A stretch of 64,000 nt of DNA, taken from assembly GCA_038889075.1 (NCBI GenBank), contig JAWAHS010000003.1, positions 49,621-113,620 of the forward strand, written 5' to 3'. Of this stretch, positions 19,605 through 29,127 are shown in pieces. Both the position numbers and the translations under genes were made by a program. The notes beneath the pieces were generated by a model. The model did no database searches. It saw only the letters and a list, made by a program, of their open reading frames with translations, and was not told the origin of the DNA. The DNA is from Ignisphaera sp. GTDB taxonomy: Archaea > Thermoproteota > Thermoprotei_A > Sulfolobales > Ignisphaeraceae. Each line of letters begins with the position of its first letter. The stretch's first letter is position 1.

Positions 19605-20297
19605 GTGACTGGATACATAGTCTTACAGGATATTCTTGAACATCTATTTAAATTTGGTAATATCGAGAAAAGTCTATTAAAACACATTAGAGTTGGCGAG
19701 AGAACAACAATTAAAAATATAATTGAAAATGGTGTAAAAAGAAATGTGCTTAAAGAGAATGACAGTAAAATCTATTTGCTAAACCCTCTTGAACTTATAA
19801 TAATGCTCGAGGAGCTTGGTATAGATACGTTAAGACTATGTGATTACATCTCGTGGAGTGAGTTTGAGGATTTTATTGCTAAGAAACTTTATGAGTTTGG
19901 CTGGGAATATATTTTAGGATATATCCATACAAGGGTTTCGCGATTTCAGATTGACGTTATCGCTTTGGACTCTATATTGAGGAGGGCATTAGTAATAGAG
20001 TGCAAACATTGGAGAAAACATATGGGAGTAGGTTCCTTAAGAAGGATTGCACTAAATCATCTACTAAGAATAGATAAGCTTATAAAATACTGTGAATGGG
20101 TTGCCACGGACATCCCCAAGCTACGTAACGTAGAAACTGTTATACCTGCTGTAATAGTGCTTAGGAGAGGAGATGTGAAGGCGGTAGAAGGTGTTCCAAT
20201 AGTACCACTATATCATTTAAATGATTTTTTGTCCAATATTAGTAGCTACTTAGATGTATTGAACATAAAAGTATTCAAAAATAGATGCTGCATATAG
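19605..20297 (+). CDS. PD-(D/E)xK restriction-endonuclease-like (Mrr/NERD-like) protein
   Basis: WSEFEDFIA...QIDVIA...VIECKHW. Confidence 0.78.
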   Translation: MTGYIVLQDILEHLFKFGNIEKSLLKHIRVGERTTIKNIIENGVKRNVLKENDSKIYLLNPLELIIMLEELGIDTLRLCDYISWSEFEDFIAKKLYEFGWEYILGYIHTRVSRFQIDVIALDSILRRALVIECKHWRKHMGVGSLRRIALNHLLRIDKLIKYCEWVATDIPKLRNVETVIPAVIVLRRGDVKAVEGVPIVPLYHLNDFLSNISSYLDVLNIKVFKNRCCI

Positions 20298-20307
20298 CTG
20301 AAAACAC

Positions 20308-21204
20308 CTATGTGTAGAACTCTATTGCTGCATATCCAACAATGATATCTTCCTCACCTGTGATGTCTCCTGAGTGATAGTATTTAAGTAACTTTACCTT
20401 AGAGTTCAATATCTTTGCATATTCCATGGTGATTGCTATGGCACCATATCCGCACACCGTTGAATTATATTTATCAATAAGTGATAGAAATTTTCTCGTC
20501 TCTAAATCTAATATAGCCTGTATAAATTTGTGATCAAGCTCCCTTACATTATCCATTATATTAGTCGTAAAGAGTACATAGCCATAAATATCCCCATGAT
20601 GTGTAAAATCTGATGATGCTATTACAACAGATCTTTTATTTGATAATTTGATAGCTTCTTTTAATGCTGCTGAAAATTGCTGAGCTTCTTCTAGAGTCAC
20701 ATCTCTTACAACTATTGGTACTAATTCAAAGTTCTCTCCATATATATACTGAAGAAATGGCAATTGAACTTCTATCGAGTGCTCTCTAGTATGGGCTAAA
20801 GCATCATCATATAGCAGTGGATATGATTTCTTCAATTCATTTATAAAATCTATATCAACATTGATGGTGCCTAGAGGCGTAGCCCATTTTGAATAATAGC
20901 TTGTTGTAGTTATTTTATCTCCAAAACCAGTATGATTGGTACCTAATATTATGGCTAAATCAATCTTTTGAACTTGTTCTGCTAGCTCCTTGTAATACCA
21001 TGCTGCACACGCTGCTGAGAAATAGTAACCTGCGTGCGGAACTACCCCTCCGATTATCTGTCTTTCGCTTATACATCCTTTTTTTGGTAACGAGCCTGGT
21101 CCTCTTTTAGCATCCATAAAAGCCCTTTCTATCTCATTTATAAGTTGATTTTTATTTAATGGATAAAAATTCCATGCCCCTGCTTGAGGCTCTCTGACTA
21201 CCAT
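20308..21204 (-). CDS. MEMO1 family protein (AmmeMemoRadiSam system protein B)
   Basis: VPHAGY, GTNH, EHSIEVQLPFLQ, ASSDFTH, CGYG, VGYA. Confidence 0.93.
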   Translation of the reverse strand: MVVREPQAGAWNFYPLNKNQLINEIERAFMDAKRGPGSLPKKGCISERQIIGGVVPHAGYYFSAACAAWYYKELAEQVQKIDLAIILGTNHTGFGDKITTTSYYSKWATPLGTINVDIDFINELKKSYPLLYDDALAHTREHSIEVQLPFLQYIYGENFELVPIVVRDVTLEEAQQFSAALKEAIKLSNKRSVVIASSDFTHHGDIYGYVLFTTNIMDNVRELDHKFIQAILDLETRKFLSLIDKYNSTVCGYGAIAITMEYAKILNSKVKLLKYYHSGDITGEEDIIVGYAAIEFYT

Positions 21205-21280
21205 ACATTCCTACCGATATGTATCTACAGCTAGTTGAATCATAAGCTTTTGTGACTAAATGTACCCACTTTGCTACTTT

Positions 21281-22099
21281 TTAGAGAGATTCTAAGAGCT
21301 CTATGTCACGCTCATCAAGCCTCCATCCCATAGCATCCTTAATTTCCATAACATGACTCTTCTGCTCCGTCTTGGTAATCGCCATTACGTAGGGTCTTGA
21401 AATTATAAAGTTCAAGGCTATTTGTGCAGGTGTCTTATTGTAAACATCCGCTATTTTGATTAGAAGTGGGTGTTTTATTACGGATCCTTTGCCAAGAGGA
21501 CTGCATGCCTGTATTAATATACTATTTTTAATTGCAAATGGTAGCAAATCCTTTTCAATTTTTTTGTTAAGAATGTTATATGTCACTTGGTTCACAACAA
21601 TACGATATTTTCTAGTACTTTCAATTGCTTCTTTCAATTCCTTTAACCTAAAATTGCTTACACCAATATATCTTGTGTAGCCCCGTTCAGCAAGCATTTC
21701 CAGTATTCTAATCTGATGACTAATAGATAAAAGCTCGTGAATTCCGTGCACTAGTAGCAAATCTACATAACTCGTTCTAAGGCGCTTTAATGATATCTGA
21801 ACGGCCTTAATTGCGCTCTCCTCGTTGGTCAAGTTATAAGATAGTATTTTTATCACTATAAAAATCCCATCTCTACCAACCTTTGAAACCAATCGACCAA
21901 TAAGCTCCTCTGCTAATCCGTCAGCATACATTCCAGCCGTTTCGAATACATTAATACCCATTTCAACAGCACTACTTAGTGCTTCTTCAGCATTTCTATA
22001 GTTGTAGATGTTCCAAGTTCCGATACCTATGGCATTTATATACTCACCAGAATTGCCTAACGGTTTACGATCCTCTTTATCAATATTGAAACGTGGAAT
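21281..22099 (-). CDS. Aldo/keto reductase (N-terminus extends beyond the ORF-track start; probable ATT start)
   Basis: In-frame upstream of 21961: IPRFNIDKEDRKPLGNSGEYINAIGIGTW; ETAGMY, YVDLLLVH, IGVSNF, SPLGKG. Confidence 0.85.
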   Translation of the reverse strand: MPRFNIDKEDRKPLGNSGEYINAIGIGTWNIYNYRNAEEALSSAVEMGINVFETAGMYADGLAEELIGRLVSKVGRDGIFIVIKILSYNLTNEESAIKAVQISLKRLRTSYVDLLLVHGIHELLSISHQIRILEMLAERGYTRYIGVSNFRLKELKEAIESTRKYRIVVNQVTYNILNKKIEKDLLPFAIKNSILIQACSPLGKGSVIKHPLLIKIADVYNKTPAQIALNFIISRPYVMAITKTEQKSHVMEIKDAMGWRLDERDIELLESL

Positions 22100-22113
22100 T
22101 CTAGCCCACCCCT

Positions 22114-22371
22114 CTAACCTCCTAATGCCAAGGGAAAGAATTCCAGTTCAGTGCAGTTCTTAGGTAGCATGTCGTCTGGATATAGCTGAACTTCGTTACA
22201 TAAAACCATAACTTCATCGTAATCGATCTCTAAGGTTAATCCTTTAACAACCATAGCTACAATGTCTCTAATAGTACTACTTTCCTGTACCACCACCTCT
22301 AATATTCTACCCTTATCTCCAAAGCCAAATAACTTAACCTTAATTGGTACACTCCCTCTCGGGGTATTCAT
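22114..22371 (-). CDS. MoaD/ThiS/SAMP ubiquitin-like protein (start at ATG 22371 or ATT 22344)
   Basis: KVKLFG N-terminal strand; C-terminal FFPLALGG. Confidence 0.8.
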   Translation of the reverse strand: MNTPRGSVPIKVKLFGFGDKGRILEVVVQESSTIRDIVAMVVKGLTLEIDYDEVMVLCNEVQLYPDDMLPKNCTELEFFPLALGG

Positions 22372-22710
22372 TCCACTGCAACCTCTACAACCTTGCACCT
22401 GTATATACCATTAGGCCTATAAGATATATCTTTTTATATCTCCTATTATATTTATCGCACCAAATACCTTCTACCACTGTTCTTCAACCTGCTATTCTCA
22501 TTTATTCCATTTAATTACCAATACGTATATTAAACGCTTATTAATTCCATCTATCATCGTATCGTCAAACCGAGTAGAGTAGACAACTATCCTATACCAT
22601 AATACATGATGAGGTAATTATACCAAACAATACAAACCTGTATCAGAGTGAGTCCCTATCATGGATATGTTTATTGAGAGATCTGGCATGAGTATGTTCA
22701 TTAATGCTAC

Positions 22711-23442
22711 TTACTGACTTAGTGAAATTACATAACCTAACTGCAAACCTTTTCTAATTGTTAATGGTACATATCCACCGATAATCACTATCTTGGGAAT
22801 ACCATTAAAAGGACCTGTAATGACCTCATTTAGAAATTTTACACCAAGTAATGATAACTGTTGCACTGGTTTTATTAATATAGCTTGGTTTTGGCCAACC
22901 TCTATGATCTCATTAGGTATGGCTATATATGCTTCTCTCGGATTAATGGTATAGGCTTCCTGCATAGGTAAAGGTATTGATAGCTGTAAAAGCTTATCCA
23001 TAACTTCATCTATGGATTCTCCATGTAGTAGCAGCCCATTGTATTGGGCAATTTCTTTTCCAATGTTTGTCAGATATACGGTTGCATTCTGTTCACCGTT
23101 AGTAATTTGATCACCCTTCGCTATAGAATATCTATCAATCCTTATAAGACCTAGCTGCTCCAGCTTTTGAATTCTAGATAATAACTCTCTTTCAGCAAAA
23201 TTAGAACTAAGCGCTCTCAGTATACCATCGGGTACCATATCTCTTAGCAGCGGTATTGAAATAGATTCCTGCCATTTAGGAGCAAGTGCCGTAATTACAG
23301 TAATGACGTTTAGTTCACTAAGTGGTGCCTTACCGCCAAATTTTTCAAATACAAATTTTATTATAGCGATATCCATAGTATCAAGCAACGATAGATCTAA
23401 CAATTTATAATCAATTCTATTAAATGTTATTAGTTTGATCAT
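22711..23442 (-). CDS. Winged-helix protein fused to a degenerate dUTPase/dCTP deaminase-like domain
   Basis: LLDTMDIAII...RIQKLEQLGLIRI...VYLTNIGKE (wHTH); C-terminal YTINPREAYIAIPNEIIEV...PVQQLSLLG...ITGPFNG...PLTIRKGLQLGYVI. Confidence 0.6.
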   Translation of the reverse strand: MIKLITFNRIDYKLLDLSLLDTMDIAIIKFVFEKFGGKAPLSELNVITVITALAPKWQESISIPLLRDMVPDGILRALSSNFAERELLSRIQKLEQLGLIRIDRYSIAKGDQITNGEQNATVYLTNIGKEIAQYNGLLLHGESIDEVMDKLLQLSIPLPMQEAYTINPREAYIAIPNEIIEVGQNQAILIKPVQQLSLLGVKFLNEVITGPFNGIPKIVIIGGYVPLTIRKGLQLGYVISLSQ

Positions 23443-23522
23443 GTTCCATCCTCTTAAACTCCATTTTTAAGTAATTAGTCGCATAGTAGCATATTAATCT
23501 ATCTATCTAAAAATTTTATGAA

Positions 23523-23575
23523 ATTGTGATGAGCATTATCATCTGATAGGTGATGTATTCGAACCTCACTGATTC
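23523..23575 (+). ncRNA. C/D-box methylation guide sRNA (tRNA T-arm guide)
   Basis: GTGATGA(23526)-GCATTATCAT-CTGA(23543)-GTGATGT(23550)-ATTCGAACCTCA-CTGA(23569). Confidence 0.85.
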
Positions 23576-23578
23576 GAA

Positions 23579-24655
23579 CTAAGCAACCAACTCTATCTTA
23601 ATTGCATTATTTTCATGCACTATTTGTTCAATTATTGTACTTAACCAAATTCTACGTGTACTTATATTCCCCAATTCTGCAAATATTTTAAATGGTGAAA
23701 CTATAGAAACCTTCTTTAATGAAGTGTACAAATTGCTGTGCGCCATAAACTTTATTAATTGTTTAACGCTATACCAATTCGCATAGGGTATCCATATATA
23801 GTAATACTTTGAATTGCTAGAATATTCTCTATAAATAGCATATGAACTCCAGAATTCAATGTATAGATGCGATCCCTCTCCCCTTTGTAGGAGCTCATCA
23901 ATAAGCACTCCCAATGCGTCGAACCTGTATATGATATCAATGCCCTCTAAATCATTAAGACATATCAAAGGACTACAAGTATTGTAGATGTGGAACTCAC
24001 TTATGGGAAGCTCTTCTCCACTATTTTGGACGTCCTTAGTATTTCCACTTAGTACAAAAATGGTGTACTCATTATCTTTTCTTAAAGCAGTAAAGTTCTC
24101 AAACTCAATGTTAAAGATGTTAGTCTCTACATCTGGAAATGTATTTGAAATGAGGTCACCTACATCAAAAGCGATAATCATAGGTATGGAATACGCAATA
24201 ACCTCGTTAAATGCTATTGGATCATATATGAATGCTATATTACGAATCAATTTATTAAGTAAGGCATCTCTTCTCATTCTATTTAGATCCTCCATACAGA
24301 TTTCTATATCTTCAAGAAAGAGTTTGAAACGAAATGTATTGGAATGTCCAGCTCTTTTTACAAAAGCGAGAATCGTACTTGGAAGTATATGGAAATGCTC
24401 TAAAGTTGCTATATATGGTGCTATACCAATGGTAGGTGTAACAATAATTTTACTTCTTTTGCTCTCTAAAAATTTAATATAATTGAGATAGTGTTTTACA
24501 ACATTTCGTACTTCACTACATTTTCTAATAGATAGTATTTCCCTAAATCCTCGAATGCCTCGTATGGAGGTAACATATTGTATTAGCGGCAATACAGAAG
24601 CTGTGATTAAAGATCGTGAACCTGCAAACATTCTATATCTCCAGACATATACCAT
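23579..24655 (-). CDS. Hypothetical protein
   Basis: 358-aa ORF filling the gap; no recognised motif. Confidence 0.65.
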   Translation of the reverse strand: MVYVWRYRMFAGSRSLITASVLPLIQYVTSIRGIRGFREILSIRKCSEVRNVVKHYLNYIKFLESKRSKIIVTPTIGIAPYIATLEHFHILPSTILAFVKRAGHSNTFRFKLFLEDIEICMEDLNRMRRDALLNKLIRNIAFIYDPIAFNEVIAYSIPMIIAFDVGDLISNTFPDVETNIFNIEFENFTALRKDNEYTIFVLSGNTKDVQNSGEELPISEFHIYNTCSPLICLNDLEGIDIIYRFDALGVLIDELLQRGEGSHLYIEFWSSYAIYREYSSNSKYYYIWIPYANWYSVKQLIKFMAHSNLYTSLKKVSIVSPFKIFAELGNISTRRIWLSTIIEQIVHENNAIKIELVA

Positions 24656-24727
24656 GATTTATAAATAGTTCGGTTGGTATAATGGATCAACATTACTTAA
24701 GAAGGTAGTTCTTTGTAGTAATATATC

Positions 24728-25273
24728 GTGAGAGCCGTGAAGAAAGTTCACAGAGGAGATGATGGATACACCGATATATTTGGACTAAGGTTGCCTAAAG
24801 ATTCACCTATAATTGAATTGATTGGAGAATTGGATGAGTTAGTATCATTAATTGGTGTAGTAAAGTCTATATTGAAGGAGAATAGTGCATTTCTCGATAT
24901 TGTTAATAACTTAACCGCGATACAGAGAAAGCTTATGTACATAGCTAGTTATGTTGCTAGTAAAGGTGATAGTAGAGTTGGTCCTCCGATCACTTATGAT
25001 GATGTGGCTGCCCTTGAAAAGGCAATCGATATTCTGTGGAGTGCCCAAACTATGAGTAGATTTACTATCCCTGGTAGCTCCAAGGAATCAGCATTGCTAC
25101 ATCTATTAAGAGCAGTATGTAGACGTGTAGAAAGAAGAGCTGTAACGTTATTAAGAAATGGAGCAATAGATCCTTTAATACATGTATTCTTGAATAGATT
25201 ATCAGATTGGTTGTATGTTAGTGCATTGTATATAAATAAAGTAATGAATATAGAAGAAGATTATTTACATTAG
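24728..25273 (+). CDS. PduO-type cob(I)alamin adenosyltransferase
   Basis: RGDDGYT, GELDEL, F-x-IPG, RAVCRRVERR, FLNRLSD. Confidence 0.92.
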   Translation: MRAVKKVHRGDDGYTDIFGLRLPKDSPIIELIGELDELVSLIGVVKSILKENSAFLDIVNNLTAIQRKLMYIASYVASKGDSRVGPPITYDDVAALEKAIDILWSAQTMSRFTIPGSSKESALLHLLRAVCRRVERRAVTLLRNGAIDPLIHVFLNRLSDWLYVSALYINKVMNIEEDYLH

Positions 25274-25328
25274 CTACCATACAACATTATTGGAAGTTGC
25301 GTTATCATTTAACTAGGAATGTTAGCTA

Positions 25329-26027
25329 TTATGGCTTCACTATAATACTGTGACACCAATCCCAACCGATTTTTGAAAGGAGTTGTACAGAAATCTCTAT
25401 AGCCTTCTTAACCATATCCTTATCGACACCGTAGACGCCGGCTGCTATAATAATAATCTTACGTGTTTCATTCCTAATCATCGTATCGATACCATCTCTA
25501 TGGGGATATATGTGCATCACAGTACCCTTTGCATCAACTAGTATCGGCATGTTCTTCCTAAGCCTTTCCTCAGCACCTCCTATAGGCCTAAACACTTCAT
25601 CCCCTCTACTTAACTTAAGGATAAGGGGTGGTATACAGCGTTCTAAATCATATATTCCTATGGGTACCATAGTGTATGCTGACGCTATATTACCTGCGTC
25701 AACAATTGGATTTATTCTTGGGAAAGAATTTCGAAGAATTCTCCTAACCAGAGCTTCACTAGATGGTCTAGTCTTTGTTGGGTCTATTCCAATCTTCCAG
25801 AAGAATTCCCTATAAGCTCGTATAGTTTTATCATTCCTTAGTGTATCGAGAGAATATTTGTTCTTTATATAGTTTACCAGCCCCTGGACATCAATTTCAA
25901 ATGGATCACCCTCATAATCAGCCATACTACTGGCTTTCCACGAAATTGTGTAAGCTATAAAAATACCCATATTCCTAACGTTTTCATCAAGTGATATGAG
26001 ACTTTCAAGCATATTACATAGCTCCAT
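25329..26027 (-). CDS. B3/4-domain protein (PheRS beta-like tRNA editing domain)
   Basis: AYREFFWKIGIDPTKTRPSSEALVRR, INPIVDAGN, PIGIYD. Confidence 0.9.
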   Translation of the reverse strand: MELCNMLESLISLDENVRNMGIFIAYTISWKASSMADYEGDPFEIDVQGLVNYIKNKYSLDTLRNDKTIRAYREFFWKIGIDPTKTRPSSEALVRRILRNSFPRINPIVDAGNIASAYTMVPIGIYDLERCIPPLILKLSRGDEVFRPIGGAEERLRKNMPILVDAKGTVMHIYPHRDGIDTMIRNETRKIIIIAAGVYGVDKDMVKKAIEISVQLLSKIGWDWCHSIIVKP

Positions 26028-26102
26028 AAATCTCAGCCGTACCTCTCAGAATCGACTAACACCTAATATAGTTAGTTACTAAAAATTTTTCTAAGGAAAT
26101 AG

Positions 26103-26711
26103 GTGCGTGGCAATATGTACTGGTATGGCTATGACAATAGTTCACGAATTAGAGAACTACTGGACTTTATATCATCTATGATAGTTTTGAGTTTTGCATT
26201 TTCATACAACTATATAATTCATGGCAGATCCGAATTAGTACCAGCTGTTATAATAGCCATAACCTCATCCTTCGCTTTACACGAATTTGCCCATAGATAT
26301 ATAGCTAGAGCTAATGGTGCTTATGCTAAGTATAGGGCTTGGTATATGGGATTGCTAATAGCACTCGTACTCACTATAGCCACACAAGGTAGATTTACCT
26401 TTGCTGCACCAGGTGCCGTCACAGTTTATACCCCTTGGTATTCTCACGAAATTGAGGCTTCTATAGCATTAGCAGGTCCATTAATAAATATTGCTATAGG
26501 CTTTATCTGCCTAATCTCATCGCTTTTTACACAAGGTATAGTTCACCAATATCTGAGAATCATAGGAGGTATAAACAGTTTTATAGCCTTATTCAATTTG
26601 CTTCCTATGCCTCCTCTTGATGGTTATAAAGTTTTTAGAGCTAATATAATTAAATGGCTCGTCTCATTTGTATTCTCTATACTTCTCTGGATAGCTTATC
26701 TACTTTCATAG
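26103..26711 (+). CDS. M50 (site-2 protease) family metallopeptidase
   Basis: HEFAH, AAPGAV, AGP, FNLLPMPPLDG. Confidence 0.93.
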   Translation: MRGNMYWYGYDNSSRIRELLDFISSMIVLSFAFSYNYIIHGRSELVPAVIIAITSSFALHEFAHRYIARANGAYAKYRAWYMGLLIALVLTIATQGRFTFAAPGAVTVYTPWYSHEIEASIALAGPLINIAIGFICLISSLFTQGIVHQYLRIIGGINSFIALFNLLPMPPLDGYKVFRANIIKWLVSFVFSILLWIAYLLS

Positions 26712-26756
26712 AAACTTTAAAAATATGTTAGTAGATTAGCTATGGTGGTTTGAGCA

Positions 26757-27500
26757 ATGTCTAAAGAGATCGTATCCGTTGACAATCTTACTAAGATTTA
26801 TCCTGGTGGTGTAAAGGGTGCAGATGGTGTTACTTTTACTGTTAGAAAAGGAGAAGTATTCGGGCTGATAGGTCCCAATGGAGCTGGCAAAACAACCGTG
26901 CTTAGAATTATAGCTACAATTCTTCAGCCATCAAGTGGTAAGGTTACGGTTGCCGGCTACGATGTTGTTAAGGAGGCTGATATGGTTAGAAAGATGATTA
27001 GCTATCTTCCTGAAGACGCTGGTGCATATAAGTATCTAACTGGGTTAGAGTTCATGAAGTTTATAGCCAGACTATATAGTTTTAAGGAGTCTGATATAGA
27101 GAAAATTGTCAGAGAAGGTATCCAAGTTAGTGGCCTTGGTGAGAGACTTAAAGATAAGATTAAATCTTATAGTAAGGGTATGTTAAGAAGACTTCTAGTG
27201 GCTAGAACACTTATGGTCAATCCAATGCTTGCCATCTTAGATGAACCAACGTCGGGATTGGATGTAATTAATGCTATGCAGATCAGAAATACAATAAAGA
27301 GTTATACCAGAGAGAGAGGTGTGACGATACTTATGAGTAGTCATAATATGCTAGAGGTTGAGTACCTCTGTGATAGAATAGGTATTATATATAGGGGAAG
27401 GATGCTTGCTATAGGTGAACCGCGAGAATTAAAAGAATTATATGGTGCTCAAAACCTTGAAGAGGTCTTTGTAAAACTAATAGAAAGTGCATCGTATTAG
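26757..27500 (+). CDS. ABC-2 exporter ATP-binding protein (NatA-like)
   Basis: GPNGAGKTT, YSKGM, LDEPTSGLD. Confidence 0.95.
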   Translation: MSKEIVSVDNLTKIYPGGVKGADGVTFTVRKGEVFGLIGPNGAGKTTVLRIIATILQPSSGKVTVAGYDVVKEADMVRKMISYLPEDAGAYKYLTGLEFMKFIARLYSFKESDIEKIVREGIQVSGLGERLKDKIKSYSKGMLRRLLVARTLMVNPMLAILDEPTSGLDVINAMQIRNTIKSYTRERGVTILMSSHNMLEVEYLCDRIGIIYRGRMLAIGEPRELKELYGAQNLEEVFVKLIESASY

Positions 27501-28808
27501 ATGGTGATGGATATGTTCTGGGTTTTTGTTGAGAAAGAACTAAAAAGTATTGTAAGAGATCCAAAAATTGTGATTGCAATGTTTATAGTACCCTTAATAA
27601 TAATTATAATATTCTACGCCATTGTAGGTCATGGTATACAGCAACAGATAGCCCAAGCTGTTAAGGAGAGTGGAACCGTGGCAGTCATAGATCTCGATAA
27701 TGATATCCACTCTCGTAATTTCATTTCTTTTCTAAGGCAGTTGGGCGTCGATGTAAGGCTTTTAGACGAGAATCTGCATACAAACATAAGCAAAGCTCTA
27801 GAAGTATCTGGTACCAAGATTCTCTATATTATACCAATGGGATTCAGCAAAAATATAACCAATTTCTCCATAACCTCAATTAAAATCTATGTCAAATTGG
27901 GATCGCTTACAATAGGAGAAAGTGGTATTATAGATCTTGCTACAAGACTTGTCGAACGTTTTAATGAAAATATCACTATAACTATAGCCTCGGAAAAGGG
28001 TATACCTGCCGAATTCATTAAAAATGCAATTGTTAGAAGACCTTATGCAGTTATATACAATAGAGTTATTGAAAATCCTTATGCACTATCTACACTTCTA
28101 TCACTTTCCAGCTTCTTTATACCTCTCATAGTGTTGATGCTCATAATGTTGGCATCGCAACTCATTGTTACTAGTATTGCTGTTGAAAAAGAGGAAAAGA
28201 TGTTTGAAACATTATTGTCTCTACCAATAAATAGAATGAATATTATTAGTGCAAAGCTTTTTGTATCGATATCGATAAGCGTAGTGTATATGATTATATA
28301 TGGACTTGCTCTATTCGGTTACATATTTCAGATCCTAGGTATAGGAATAGATGTAGGTAGTCTAGAAATGCCTCAGATGCTATCCCTACTTATCTTACAG
28401 AAAGATCTCGCAATATCACTCATATTAAATACTATAGGTTTGGCAATATTTATGCTAATGATTTCTCTAATACTTGGTGTATTTGCTGAGGATGTGCGAA
28501 CTGCCCAAGCCTTAATAGGCAATATTATGGGACCCCTGGTACTTCTTGCATACATGCCGATGTTCGTAGATATAAGTGGTGCCAATCAGCTACAAAGAAT
28601 GCTACTGTCATTAATACCAATAGCTAATACTGTATTTATACCTAAGCTAGCTATAGTAAACGACCTTACATCCATGTATATGGCTGCGCTTTCAAATATC
28701 ATATATGGCATAATATTATTTCTATTCATTCAAAGGATTGTGAATTCCGAGACGATATTCACAATGAAATTGAAGAGATTGAAGAAACAAAAGATTGGAG
28801 AAACATAG
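27501..28808 (+). CDS. ABC-2 exporter permease (NatB-like)
   Basis: KELKSIVRD, EKEEKMFETLLSLP, multi-TM; adjacent to ATPase. Confidence 0.9.
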   Translation: MVMDMFWVFVEKELKSIVRDPKIVIAMFIVPLIIIIIFYAIVGHGIQQQIAQAVKESGTVAVIDLDNDIHSRNFISFLRQLGVDVRLLDENLHTNISKALEVSGTKILYIIPMGFSKNITNFSITSIKIYVKLGSLTIGESGIIDLATRLVERFNENITITIASEKGIPAEFIKNAIVRRPYAVIYNRVIENPYALSTLLSLSSFFIPLIVLMLIMLASQLIVTSIAVEKEEKMFETLLSLPINRMNIISAKLFVSISISVVYMIIYGLALFGYIFQILGIGIDVGSLEMPQMLSLLILQKDLAISLILNTIGLAIFMLMISLILGVFAEDVRTAQALIGNIMGPLVLLAYMPMFVDISGANQLQRMLLSLIPIANTVFIPKLAIVNDLTSMYMAALSNIIYGIILFLFIQRIVNSETIFTMKLKRLKKQKIGET

Positions 28809-29127
28809 AAATATACAATAGGACTCCATACCCTTATACTTACTAGTAAATAGCTCTCGATCTAGGCTATTATGTGGTACATCCTAATCCTCTTCTCTAT
28901 AAAGAGCGGGCTTTTTAGTACAACTCAATTCAAATCCTTAAATATCCAGATTATCTATAATCTTCATAAAAATGACTCTAAACTAATAGCAAGAATGTTA
29001 TATAGTATAACGTCATTCTTCCATAGTGTGTAGCATTGTTAATGAGATTTCGTTAACTGTGCCATCAGTAAGCTTTAATCGAATTCTATACACTTCCTAG
29101 TCTTAGTGAAATGCACAGCTTGCTTAA

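Noticed and set aside
22600-22705. Partial C/D-like boxes (minus ATGATAG-GGACTCACT-CTGA; plus ATGATGA)
   Set aside because: Only half a unit; other boxes not convincing
27498-27503. In-frame TAG-ATG between ABC ATPase and permease (possible read-through or pyrrolysine)
   Set aside because: The permease has its own GGTG SD and downstream ATGs; tight junctions are common here; no pyl genes in the window
28810-29127. Short minus-strand peptide VYRIRLKLTDG, vaguely intein-like
   Set aside because: Too short; no other Hint-domain motifs
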